Origin: Raja brachyura
Taxonomy: Eukaryota
Direction of reading: 5' to 3'
DNA: 64,000 bases
Assembly (NCBI GenBank): GCA_963514005.1
Contig: OY740783.1
Coordinates: 128,588,001 to 128,652,000 of the forward strand
Shown here: in pieces, positions 25,134 to 37,855 of the stretch
How positions within the stretch are numbered: position 1 is the first letter of the stretch
How the letters are laid out: each line of letters opens with the position of its first letter
Notes under the pieces: generated by a model
Database searches by the model: none
Told to the model about the DNA's origin: nothing
What the model saw: the letters and a program-made list of their open reading frames with translations, nothing else
Translations under genes and position numbers: made by a program

Positions 25134-26047
25134 TTATTTTACACCAGTTTTATGCGATTTTAATAAACCTATAGTTAGGGTGAAAGGGTATTTGAGTGCC
25201 TGGAGCAGCTGCTCTCTGAACCTCCTCTGGGTCACGGTGTAAATGAGCGTGTTTGTGCAGGTGTTCAACAATTGTAGCATAACTCCAGTTTGTTCAAATG
25301 TTGCAAATGGGCTCCACAACCCTTTGTACCTAAATCCAATCAGAGTTCGATAGACAATGAAATATGCTACAGTTGTGCCCCAGAGCAGTATAAAACTGGT
25401 GGAGATTGCAAGGAGTAAAATTACGGACCGTGTGCGGTTTGCGATCTCGGGGTCCTCACTACTGATATCGCGGAGTTTCCTACGGACACGACTGGCCACT
25501 AAAATGCGCCTGACAGTGAGCACGTTCATCAGCATAATCAAACAAAATGGAATGACTGTGATTAGCAGCTGTTGAGTCCAGGAAAATGCTATCCACGAGG
25601 GCAGGCTATAAAACTGAAATTTCTTTCGGCAACCCCACAGTATACCCTGTTTATCTATGAGATAATAAGTGTACGTAAAAGGCCAGGGAGCGCTCTGTAA
25701 ACAGAAGAACGCAAATAGGATCACTATAACCACCACGGCGGTTCTTTCGGTGCAGTATCTGGTTCTCAGATTCTGAGTGGAAATGGCCACAAAGCGATCA
25801 AATGTGAAAGCGACCGTGAGCCAAACAGAACAGGCTACGGCCGCGGGAGCGAGGAACATAATGAACCTGCACACAGTGTTGTGGAAGAAGAATGTGTCCC
25901 ACCAGTAAAGGTCGGCAATCCGATGTAATATCACTTCGCAGACGATCACTGAGAGGTCCGCCGTCGCCATGGCCACCAGGTACCGAGTGGTGCATTTGGA
26001 GAGACCACAATTTCTCTGCGACAGGATCACAATCGCCATCAAGTTCA
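25134..26047 (-). CDS. GPR139-like orphan class A GPCR paralog A, coding exon 2 (full protein 327 aa)
   Basis: Acceptor ...CTCCCCTAG|TGAAC at 26048/26047; open to TAA. Seven hydrophobic segments; TM2 AMATADL, TM3 C..FTFDRFVAI, ECL2 WGC, TM6 FILLW, TM7 NTCTNTLIY. Family label by recognition. Confidence 0.92.
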
Positions 26048-26775
26048 CTAGGGGAGTAGAAAAGAGGAAACTGTCGTAATATGAAAGCGAAAGGCGATGC
26101 TTATTGGGTGTGGGGGGGGGGGGGGGGGGGGGGGGGTGGGGGGGGGGGGGGGTGAGTGGGCGGTAACCGTCAGCATCAACGGTGCTGAGGTGGAAGTGGA
26201 TGAGGACTTCAAGTTCCTCGGAATTAATATTACCAACGATATCTAATGAACGACCACATACTTAGAAGACTGAGGAACTTTGAGCTGCCTCGAATGCCTC
26301 AAACACGTTGCTACAGATTAGCATATAAAGTATACTGCTGGGTATATCACAGCTTGTTGTGGGGACATCTCTGCCCTATACAAAACTAATCGCAGAGAGT
26401 TCTGGATGAAGCCAGGTCCATATCACGAAGCAGACTACCTGTTGTTGAGATTGGATTGTTTGCATTGGTGTATCATATTATTTGATCTGATTGGAAAAGC
26501 TTTGTAAACCAAAGCTTTTTTGCGGCTCTCAGGGGGTCATGACAATAATGCACCTAAACCGGAATCTGAAGAGAATCAACCTGTACCAGATCCAATTAGC
26601 GACCGTCGAACGATCAAGTATATTAACATGTTCAAGTTAAAAGCCAACCTAGCCTGAAGGACACAGTCGAGCATTCCCGCTTTTCGCACACTATTTTTCA
26701 CGTTACCTTTAACATTGTCTTTCTGAACACAGCATCCTATCTGTCATTCCCACACACAACGTCCCATTGGCTTAC

Positions 26776-26845
26776 CTGGTATTCCGATTGCTGCGAGGAT
26801 TGGATAATAATAATATTCAGCTGTCAACGGCCTTTTCCAACTCAT
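26776..26845 (-). CDS. GPR139-like orphan GPCR paralog A, coding exon 1 (MSWKRPLTAEYYYYPILAAIGIP)
   Basis: ATG at 26845; 70-nt exon ending CCAG|GTAAGC (phase 1); joins in frame to exon 2 as ...IGIP-V-NLMAIVIL, completing TM1. Not in the ORF track because it is short. Confidence 0.9.
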
Positions 26846-26919
26846 TTCTTCTTCAAGGCCGTCCCCAGTTATACAGTGCAAAACTTACAGTAGTCAAAGT
26901 GAGATTTCAAACTTCGCTA

Positions 26920-26927
26920 TATTTATA
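26920..26927 (-). promoter_or_regulatory. Candidate TATA box of GPCR paralog A
   Basis: GGAA-TATAAATA ~75 nt upstream of the ATG; paralog B has GGAA-TATAAGA at a matching distance (43556-43562). Confidence 0.55.
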
Positions 26928-29900
26928 TTCCTAGATGAAAGGACAACGTGCGTTCGCCTCCCAGCGGACATCCATTATGCATCGTTGAACAAATAGATTG
27001 CTCCCATGTGATGCAAAGCGATCAAACTCATTATGCGACCGCTCCTTATTCAAGTAGCAGCTGAGCACCAACAGAACAAAGGAACTGTAAAGTAGGACTG
27101 CAAATTATATTTTTAAATGTAAACCGCTGGCACGAAAATGCAGCAAAATACGTGTCATAGAGCATTCATCCACAGGTGCTGCGATGTAATACAGCATTTT
27201 ATTTATAGTATTTGCAAAGCATTTTCCCGTAAACGACCATTCACTTAACATGCACGCATTGATAATTTGATCCTGGATTTCCCGTGGAGCTCCCTTTCAA
27301 AATAAAAGAGAATCATTCTTGGGCAGCGGTCTACATGATGTAAATCACAGGGAACTTTCTAGACGACGTCTTATACAATTCAGATACAACAGCAGCATTA
27401 ATGTCTCCTCCTTAGGCAGCATGCCACATACATGGTTAGTGTAGAGAAAGCTTGGACTTTGCTTAAGGACTTAGATAGGTGGCGAGAGTGGGCAGGGAAG
27501 TGGCAGATGGAATATGGAGTAGCAAATTGTTGAGTCATGCATTGTGACAAGGTGGATTATTAATTGGTACGAGTGTCAGGGGTTGTGGAGAGAAGGCATG
27601 AGAATGGGGTTAGGTGCAGAGCGAAGGCGCATCCATGATTGATTGACAGAGTAGACTTGATGGGCCGAATGGCCTCATTCTACACCTATCATTTATGACA
27701 TTGTGGCCGCTTATCAATACATGCTGCGATGTGATATCGTATTTGGAACCTTCCTACTGCTCTTCCCAGACACAGTTGTAATCACTTGACATTTAACCAT
27801 TAATAACTTTTTTCTGGATTTGGAGCATCTCTTCAAGGCAAAAGTGAATGGTTCCTGGGCAGCGATCTAAAATATGTAAATCACCAGGAACTGTCTACTT
27901 GTGAGTGAATACAAATCGATTACAGCAGCGGCATGAATATATTTCAACTGTTGGCACTTCATGAAGAAAATTATAAGAAAATATAACGTACAACGTGCTA
28001 AATGACCAGAAATAAATATTGGTAAGGAATGTCCATAAGGTTTTAAGCAATGTTAAGCAACATTAAGCAATGTTTTTGTCAATAAAACAGACAGTCTGTG
28101 ACGTTATTCCAGATATTAGGGCGAAATCATCGGAATTCATTGATAATGCATTGATGTGGAATGACTTACCACAGAATGCCGTGGAAGCCAAGTCGGTGGA
28201 AATTTATGAGGCAGAGATACATAGATTCTTGATTAGTACGAGAGTCAGGGGTTATGGGGAGAACGCACGAGAATGGGATTAGGATGGAGAGATATATCAG
28301 CCGTGATTGAATGGCGGAGTAGACTTGATGCGCCGAATGGGTCACCAAGAGAGAAATTGGGGGATATCTACACATCAATCGAATTTAGTTTCTTTAAAAG
28401 AGTGGATACAGTAGACAATAGACAATAGGTGCAGGAGTACGCCATTCGGCCCTTCGAGCCAGCACCACCATTCACGGTGATCATGGCTCAACGTCCACAA
28501 TCAGTACCCCGTTCGTGCCTTCTCCCCATATCCCTTGACACCGACAACTTTACGAGCTCTGTCCAACTCTCTCTTGAAAGCATCCAGAGAATTGGCCTCC
28601 ACTACCTTCCGTGGCAGAAAATTCCACAAATTAACAACATCTGTGTGAAAAGGTTTTTTCTCATTTCCGTTCTAATTGGCGTACTATTTATTCTTAAACT
28701 GTGGCACCTGGTTCTGGATTTCCCCATCATCGGGAACATGGTCCCTGCATCTAGTGTGTCCAAACCCTTGATAATCTTATCGGTTTTAATATGATCCCCT
28801 CTCATCCGTCAAAATTCCAGTGTATACAAGCCCAGCGGCTCCAGTCTATCAATATATAACAGTTCCGTCATCCCGGGGATTAACGTCGTGAACCTATGCT
28901 GCCTTCCTCAATAGCTAGAATGTTCTTCCTCAAATTTGGAGACCAAAAATGCACATAATACTCCAGGTGTGGTCTCACTAGGGACATGAACAACCGCAGA
29001 AGGACCTCCTTGCTCCTATACTCAACTCCTCTAGTGGTGATGGCCAGCATGTCATTCGATTACTTCAGTGCCTGCTTTACATGCATGTTTATGCCCCTGA
29101 CCCACCTTGGAAACCTGAACGAAACCTATGGAGCCTTGCGCCCCACCCAAAGTTTCCGTGCGGTTCCCGGAGGTTCCCGAACGGCCTCATTCCTGATACG
29201 GAAGTAGCCGAAAATGCAGCTATTCTTCCGTCGTAGGTAGTGTAGTGACCATCCAGTTTTATGAATTTCAGAAGAGCGTTTCGCTGCCGGGAATCGAACA
29301 TGGGCCGCGGCGATGAGAGCGCCGAATAATGACGACCAGACCACCTGAGAACACGTGGAAGCTGCTGCAACAGAGGCGCAGCAATGATGCCACACCAGTG
29401 ATTCAAATTGGGAGTTCGCTTCCAGTAGCTAATCTGGTGGTAAAATATCTGTAAATTGAGGCAGTGCTGGGCAGAGTCAGATTGAACGGCGGAATTCGGC
29501 CATTCAGCCCATCGAGATTACGTCTGCTCTGTTTTCCCTTTCAACTCAATTTGCCTGCTTTCTCCCTGTAACATAGATACACGGAAACATATAAAATAGG
29601 TGCAGGAGTAGGCCTTTCGGCCCTTTGAGCCAGCACCGCCATTCAATATGATCACGGCTGATCATTCTAAATAAGTACCGTTCCTGCTTTCGCTCATATT
29701 ATTTCATTCTCCTAGCCCTGAGAGCTATATCCAACTCTCACTTGAAAACATCCAGTGAATTGACGTGCACAGCATCCTGTGACAGAGAATGCCACAGATT
29801 CACAACTCTCTGCGTGAACACGTTTTTTTCATCATCTCAGTTCTCAAAGGCCTATCCCTTATTCTTAAATTGTGATTCCCGTTTCTGGAGTTCCCCAACG

Positions 29901-30164
29901 TCCGGAACATATATTCTGCATCTAGGCTGTCCAATCGCTTAAGAATTGTACACGTTTCTATAAGATCTATAAGGAGGTGCTGTATTGAAATTGCATTCCC
30001 TCTAAATTGGAGCTGGTATTCGGGATTTTCATCTCAATCTGTTAATCGGTGGATCTTTCGTCCACAGCACGTGGAGAAGAACCGAAAGGAATTTAACAGA
30101 TCGTGCAAATGGATCGAGCTTATACTAATGGTATCTGTCAGTCTTTTCAGATGAATCTTTACTG

Positions 30165-30700
30165 TCTTTTCAGGTGAGGTAGAAGTTCACTTGCAACTCC
30201 AGCAACCTCATCGACTGTATCCGCTGTTCCAGTTGTGGACTCCTGTTTATCGGCGAGACCAAGCGCAGTCTGGGCGATCGTTCCGCTGAACAACTCTGCT
30301 CAATCCGCCTAAACCTACCTGATCTCTCGGTTTCTCAACACTTTAATTCGCATTCTCATTCGCACACTGATCTTACTGTCCTGGGCCTCCCCCATTGTCA
30401 TAATGAGTCCTAGTGCGAATTGAAGCAACAGCACCTCATATTTCGCTTGGGTAGCTTACACTCCAGCGGTATGAACATTGACTTCTCTAACTTCAAACAG
30501 CCCTTGCTTTCCCTCTCTTTCCATCCCCTCCTCCTTCCCAGCTCTCCGACCAGTCTTACTGCCCCCGACAACCTTTTATCTGTGTACCACCCACTCTCCT
30601 GACATGAGTCTGAAGAAAGGTCTCGACTCGAAACGTCACTCATTCCTATTCTACTGAGATGCTGCCTGTCTCGTTTAGTTACTCCAGCATTTTGTGTCTA
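30165..30700 (+). mobile_element. Penelope-like 3' fragment, duplicate copy
   Basis: Same motifs as 12440-12980. Confidence 0.8.
30604..30643 (+). ncRNA. Minimal type I hammerhead ribozyme-like motif
   Basis: ATGAGT-CTGAAGA-A-[AGGTC TC GACTC]-GAAAC-GTC-ACTCAT: core boxes intact, 6-bp stem I, imperfect stem II, palindromic ACGT stem III. Confidence 0.6.
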
Positions 30701-32374
30701 TCACATTGATCAATGTCTGTTCACGGCTATTCAGAACCTTCTTCAACCATGCGGCTGGTATCTAATCTTCCAGTGGACTAACAACGGATGTGTGGGATTG
30801 TTACGATAGAGATGCTCATTAGGTCATGTGACAGGAGAAGAATTGGGCCAATTGGCCCATCAGGTCAACTACGCAATTCAACCAAGCCTGGTCTATCTGT
30901 CTCAACTTACCATATTCTCATGTCTTCTCCCCATAATCCCCGACACCCGTACTAATCAAGAATCTATCTATCTCTGCCTTAAAATATCGATAGACTTGGC
31001 CTCCACGGCTTTCTCTGACAAGGGACTCCACAGATTCACATCGGACGAAATCAATCTATTATTCTCTCCTTCCTAAATAAACTATCCTTTAATTCAGGGA
31101 CTATGGCACTCTCACCAGTGAAGCATCCTTTCCACATTCAATCTATCCCGCAAGCCTTTCATTATTCGGTATGTTTCAATATGCCCCCCCTCTTCCAAAC
31201 TGCAGCGAGTGCAGGCAAAATGCCGTCAAACGCTCGTTGTAAGTTAACCCACTCATTCCTGGGATCTTTCTTGTGAACCTCCTCTGGACCATCCCCTGGA
31301 CCGGCACATCCTTCCACAGACATGGTGCCCAAGGATGTAGAGAGCCCTCAGAGGAGCACATAAATTGTATGGGTGCATTATATTCACGGACAACTAAAGA
31401 TAATAGAGAAAGTGTGTGTTCTGACAGAACAAAGCAGAGAATGTATTTACATTATGATGGATTGGGTAATGTCAGAAATTGGCATGCGTTCATTAAAAAC
31501 AATGAGCAGTCGTGGCAGACGACGTTACGTTGACCATTCTGAATGAGTGGACTAAAGATGTTTCGATAGCTCCTGAGACGTCCCTTGGAGTAGCCCGCGC
31601 TGCGTTGGTCGCCTTGCGTTTGATTTTTTCCAGGATGTCATGTTGAAGATCCAGATGCTCTCTCAGTAATTATAGTTTCAGTGCTGGATCAGAAGGGAAC
31701 AGAAATAGTTCCTATACGGTATACGCAAATATTTATTTGTGCAACGACATGCGAAATAGAAATGACGAAGCAATTTATGAGCAAAAATAGCCAGCATTTA
31801 AAAAATAATCGGGTAAGGAACACCCAGAGAGAGATTTAGTTGTTTGATTGAGAACAAAGTGTGATATTTATTGTGAGAAACGCATCTACTCAGTCAATTG
31901 GAAAGAGTTGAAGTGAGCAGTTGTCTAAAGTTTAGGAAACCTTCCACAAACTTCAGCAGAAAGCTATTTTTCTTTCTGTGCGTTCTTCCAAGCAATATCT
32001 TTAAATTTCTCAATCAGGTCGAGGTACATATCGAGAAGGAATAATTGCACAAACATGAACTCAAATAATGCATGTTCTCTTAATTTCAAACCTGAGATAA
32101 AGATATTGTCAATCATGGTGGTTGAAATTCAAAGTGAAATCTTATTTGTCTTTTGATGATTCTGACAGGACCTTGCATGGCATTTCGTAGAGACGGAACG
32201 AATAATCTGAATATACATATCAAAAATCGACAGGTTGGGCAGCTGAAGAGTTGCTGTCTTACAGTGCCAGAGACCCTTGTTTAATCCTGATCATGGATGC
32301 TGTATGTACCGACTATCTGTACCTTCTCACTCTGACCGCGTGTGTTTTCTCAGGGTACTCCGATTTCCTGCTAC

Positions 32375-33340
32375 ATAGAGACATCAGGTGATATAGTGAT
32401 ACAGCATGCAAACAGACCCTTCAGTCCAACATGCCCACACTGGCCAACATGTCTCCACTACATGAGTCCCACCGGCCCGCGTTTGACCCATATCCTTCAC
32501 ACCTGCTCTATCCAAGTACCCGTCTAACTAAACGTTGGCATAGTCCCTGCATCAACTACAGTTCCTCCTCCCGTAGCTTGTTTCATGCACCCACCATCCT
32601 TTGTGAGAAAAAGTTACCCCTCAGATTCCTATTAAATCGATAATCCTTCACCTTAAACCAATGCCCTCTTGTCCTCGATCCTCCTACTCTGGTAAGTGAA
32701 TCTATGCATCTTCCCGGTCTATTCCTCCCTTGGTTTCATACACCTCTATAAGATGACCATTCATCCTCCTATACTCTATGGAATAGAGTCCTAGCCTACA
32801 TAACAGATAATCTCAGATCACCTAGTCCTGGCAACATACTCCTTAATCTTCTCTGTACCCTTTCCAACTCGACAACATATTTTCTATAACATAGTGCCGA
32901 TAACTGAACACAACTGCAACACGATCTCACAACTTCTATACTCAATACTCTGACTGATGAAGGCCAAAGTGCCAAAAGCCTTTTTGACCACCCTATCTAC
33001 CTGCGACTCCACCTTAAGGAATCATGCACCTGCATTTCGAGATCCCTCTGCTCGGGAACACTCCCCAGAGGCCACGATTCACTATGTAGGTCCCGCCCAT
33101 TTAGCCTTCACAAAATGCAACACCTCACATTCATCTGTATTACATTCCATCAACCTTTCCTCAGCTCAACTGGTTAATCGATCAATATCCTGCTCCAATA
33201 TTTCAACAACTATTTAATTGACTGTAAGACCACCCACTTTTGTGTCATCATCAAACTTGATAATGTTGCCATGTATGTTCTCATCCAAATCATTTATATC
33301 AATAACAAACAATAACGAGCCAAGCACTGAACCCTGGGAA
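32375..33340 (-). mobile_element. Older CR1 3' fragment
   Basis: Decayed RT-to-3' tail similarity. Confidence 0.7.
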
Positions 33341-33619
33341 CCAAGCACCCTGCAGACCTAAGTACTATGAGATTTTTTTTCTGCAGCTTCTGCCCCTCCA
33401 CCCTTCAGAGCCTGTCCACACAAAAGTGTGTTGTGTGGACATGCACTGTAGGCACTATGCCATAATGAACACCAATTTGATAATTTGCAGACTTGACATC
33501 CCATCTACCTGGACATGCGTACATGTATAATTTCCCCATTGATATGTTGATATTGTCTTACATAATATAAAACATGAAAAGATGTAAAATACTCCCTGAC
33601 ACATTTTATCTTCTATTGT

Positions 33620-34231
33620 TAGGAGGCAGCAGTGTCTCCCGGGTTATCATGCAGAGTGCTATCGTCACTTCTGCAACATAACAATAAATCGAGCTATAGC
33701 AATGTCTAGACGGAAGAAAGGTTATGATAGGACTCACACAACAATTCTTTTATTTACGGTCATATGATGTTGCTTTGAAAAATGAAAAGATATATTTGAG
33801 GATGTTGATTTCATTCCTTTTCAGTTTTCTTTTCCCTCTTTCAATTGAGTTCAAGACGCTGAAAAGCCTGAAGCGGGTAAATCACATCAATAGGCAGTTC
33901 CTGATGGTGAAGCAGATGAGCCGGCCCCAAAGAGACTGCTTCGATTCATGACAAGTGAAGATCAACAAACATGGACTTGGGTGTAAAATTGAGGTAGTGA
34001 ATTAGACATTGACTGGGGTGAGCTGCTCCAGCCCCAAGCACCTTGCTAGAATTAACTTACTGTCCATGCAATAAAACAAACTGTGAGAAATCAAGTACAG
34101 GGACAGTAAGATGCTCATGTTAACAGTATGGTGTGCCATGCACAAATTTGTATAAGTGTGTTGACTGCAGAAACTATTATTGCAAAGACTTGGAATCTGA
34201 TGAAGAATATTCAGATGAAGATCAGATGTAA
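33620..34231 (+). mobile_element. Internally deleted DNA-transposon relic, probably Academ
   Basis: GYHAECYRHFC fragment between AG/GT sites; C-terminal IDW...PAPSTLLELTYCPCNKTNC...RCSC*QYGVPCTNLYKCVDCRN plus acidic tail (34028-34231). Confidence 0.6.
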
Positions 34232-35287
34232 TGTAAACAAATAAATTGGGGAAATAAATGACTATATCAAGTTCCATGCATGCACACACACACATACATG
34301 CACACATACATCCACGCCTCCACACACACATCCACGCAGCCCTCGCACAGGTATATATGCACGCATCCATCCACATATATACATCGACACACACATACAT
34401 ACATCCACACACATACATCCACACATTTACATCCACACATCTACAGATACCCGTTTGACAGGTATACACAGACACACACTACAGATACTCAAACAATGCA
34501 ACACTTTTAAGGTTATTTTAGGTTAAAGGTAATAGGCCTCATTTGAAAAGGCATCATGGGGGGGGGGGGGGGTCTCTAACATGAATGTAGGCTCATTGTA
34601 GCTTAAAATGAATACTCATCGAGTAAACATCAGAGAATTCTATTCTTGGTCAGGATGTGACATTTATATCATAAATAAGACTTTTACAGGTCTGTCCCCC
34701 AACCTAGCACTGCCCCAGTTCCACTATGGCCGTGACCCCCACTCTTCCCACTATGGTAGTCAGAGAGGTTCAGTAAACGGGGGAACCCAGGCGATCTGTC
34801 CTGACCCTGTAATTAGGCAGGTTCGTGAGCCCTTAAAACCTGGGACCTCTGCGGCAGTCTCATTCATTTTCCTATTGGCTGGAAGATGCCTTGCAGGTCT
34901 CTACCCCAGCCTGGCACTGCCCAGTCCCACTATGGCCGTGACCCCCACTCTGCCCACTGGCAGTCAGTGGGGTTCAGTAAAGGGAGGAACCCACAGGAAC
35001 TGCCTTCACCAATTAATTAGGCTGGTTCAGGAGCCAGACCTCTGCAGCAGTCTCATTCAAAAAACACACTCACAATAATATTCATTGTATTATTTTTATG
35101 TAATATAATTATACTCAATTATGTATGATTACAGTCATATTTATAAGTCATATATATATATACATTTTTAATGCACTGCAACACGGAAATAGGCTCCCCA
35201 ATGTGTAACATGGATATTGGCCGCTAGAAGGCGCTTACTTTCCCTATCTCATTTTCGAATTAGTTTAATTATTATATGTGCAACTGA
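34183..35287 (+). repeat. Duplicated block homologous to 46093-47417
   Basis: Shared transposon tail, CA-rich tract, two-copy ~200-240-bp internal repeat, AT-rich tract and CTCF motif. Confidence 0.92.
35218..35235 (+). promoter_or_regulatory. CTCF-like motif, paralogous copy
   Basis: TGGCCGCTAGAAGGCGCT at the equivalent position of the duplicated block; 2 substitutions relative to 47350. Confidence 0.5.
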
Positions 35288-36433
35288 TTCGTTTGCTGAA
35301 ATGAAGCCCCCATGAGAAAATAATGATGTATTATTTTATGCACATTGTATCAAGCAGATTTATGTCCTGGGTACTTACATGAACAATCAGATGTGGTTTT
35401 AAAGAAGAAAAGTCTGTTGAGGTGGAACAGTCGAGGACCGGAAACGTAGAGCTATTGGCATTGAGAGCTGAAGGCGTGGGGACTGGATTCAACGGATGGA
35501 CGGTTTGTTGGTAAACCAAGTTATGAAAATATTTCTGAAGAAGCTGGCACGTCACAAATGGACACTGATTTCCATGAATGTCAAAATTGGAACAATCAGC
35601 TGAAGGGACAGTAATTTTGTCCCGAAATTACTTTCGTTATCAGTTTACATTTTGGTAGAAAGCTTATTTCATCATTCTCCATTTTATCTCAATACGTAAC
35701 TAAACAACCAGTAAGTCGTCTACTGGGGAACCCGACAAGAGATGCTCTCGATCCTGAGAAGAAAGCTTTAGAGCTTCTCTCTCTTCGTAGTGCTTACCAT
35801 GAGAACGGTGAAAGATGCTTGCGACGTAATTGCTCAGAACTGTTATGGGTTTTAAACAATAATTCTAGAACGACCACTTTAGTTACTTCGCCCTACGCCT
35901 CGGCAGATCTGCTGCGTCTGCGCTGCATCAATGGAGGTGGAACAATATGCAAAGCGATTCTGGATGTCTGGCAAACCACACAGGCGAACGTACTCACTTT
36001 GCCGCCCTGTATGAATATCACCGACTACATTTGGCTGCATCTGGTGCAGAATTAATAATTTTAATGAAAACCTAAAGGCTCGTTAGTAGCAATGTGGCAT
36101 TACATTCAGTGAAGCGAGATAAGATGGAAGTCCCATTAAAGTAAATATTGCAGCAATAATTTGTTTAAACACATTTGTGTCATGGGCATTTACATACGTA
36201 ATCACGGTCTCAAAGAAAGTAAAGGAATGGAGGATAACACGTTTAGCACGATAACGCTCTGTCTGTTCTCATCGCGTGCTCGAGGCGTTACCGCTGGATT
36301 CAAAGGAAGGTGGAAACAGTTAACAAAGTGCACGGTTCCCCATGACCGCCCTCCCACTGAGCAATTGAACAATGTACCAGTCTCCCGTGTGTCCAATAGG
36401 ACCGGTGTGTCGACGGTAGGAATGAAGATCTGG

Positions 36434-37778
36434 ACTGGACTAAATATGTAATGTGTATCATGCATACTTCCTGTCTGCGCTGTATATTGATTTTAGACAA
36501 AACGGCTGTGATGTTTGGCTATCTTACTCACAGTCGTCCTCCGCTGCGCAGGCCCCGAGGATTTTTCCGATCGATGAAAAATAAGAGAGTTGTGATTGTT
36601 TAAAAAACCTTGATATTCACTCTTCTGACAATCACCGCGATTAAGGTAACGCCCCTTGGGGGGTGGGGGGGGGGGGGGGGGGGGCAGGACTATAAAACCC
36701 GGGATGCTTGGACATGACTCTGTCTCTCGGCAAGATGGCGAGGGAGAGGCCACGACTCTCATTCTGCTGTGAATCAACGGAACTTTGAGTCTGCAATGCA
36801 CTCGAGTAAATTATTTGTTAGCCCTTAATGAAAATGCCATGAGTTTTTTAGCCTGCTTCCCTGTCTGTACTTGAAACTGCAATGATCTATTAGATCCGAC
36901 TGCCTTTAGTTCAAAAGTTCCGCTCATTTCGTGACTTCCGCTTAGTGGACAGGTCGAGTTGATTGCATAATTTTCGGTGAGTGCAGATGTCGAGCAGATT
37001 GCGGAAATGCCGCTGACAGTGGAAGGCCCAAAGTGGAGAGGCTGCGCTGAGTCGAGTGAGTATTCAAGAAAGTTTAGTGTCATATATATGGTGTGAGAGT
37101 CAGTGTGAGTGAGTGTGTGTGTTTGTGAGNNNNNNNNNNNNNNNNNNNNNNNNNNNNNNNNNNNNNNNNNNNNNNNNNNNNNNNNNNNNNNNNNNNNNNN
37201 NNNNNNNNNNNNNNNNNNNNNNNNNNNNNNNNNNNNNNNNNNNNNNNNNNNNNNNNNNNNNNNNNNNNNNNNNNNNNNNNNNNNNNNNNNNNNNTTGAAG
37301 GTGCGTGTGTGATTGTCTCTCTGTGTGCATGTGTGTGTGAGTGAGTATGAGTGAGTGTGTGAGTGAGTGAGTGTGTGCGTGTGCCAATGAGTGTGAGTGT
37401 GTGTGAGAGTTTGTGTGAGAGTTGCTGTGAGAGGTGGAGGGTTGTGAGTGTGTGAGTGTGTGTGAGGAGGAGGTTGTGTGTGCTTGAGTGTGTGTGAGCG
37501 CATGTGTGTGTGTGTGTGAGAGAGAGAGTGCATGTGTGTGTGAGTGAATGTGTGTGTGTGAGTGCATGTGTGTGCGTGTGTGTGGGTCTGTGTGTGTGTG
37601 TCCGTGAATGTGTGTGAGTGCATGTGTGTGAGTGAGTGTGTGTGGTGGAGGCTGTATGTGTATGTGTGTGGTGGAGTGTGTTTGTGTGCGTGTGGTGGAG
37701 GATGTGTGTGTGGTGGATTGTGTGTGTGTGTGGTGGACCGTGTGAACATGGGACACAACGGGTTCCACTTAGTCTAGT
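36434..37778. mobile_element. Non-autonomous element, possibly Helentron/HINE-like, containing a (TG)-rich simple repeat
   Basis: Imperfect ends ACTGGACTAA / TTAGTCTAGT, degenerate subterminal hairpin GGGACACAACGGGTTCC, internal microsatellite and gap; absent from the paralog A flank. Confidence 0.4.
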
Positions 37779-37855
37779 GTTTATATATATATAAACACTA
37801 TATATATAGTAAAGACATACTAATCTACACTCACTAAGGGATTTGTGTTGGTATA

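Larger units (their letters stand above)
26994..32415 (+). repeat. Segmental duplication copy 2
   Basis: See copy 1; lacks the equivalents of 2150-2700 and 3475-12265. Confidence 0.95.

Noticed and set aside
34690-35050. Repeats suggestive of an array or Ig switch region
   Set aside because: Only two ~200-bp units inside a duplicated block; not CRISPR-like and not AGCT-dense.
36811-37768. Long His/Thr-rich ORFs (also 34002-34510, 46227-46639, 15470-15784)
   Set aside because: Translations of CA/TG simple repeats, partly across N gaps.
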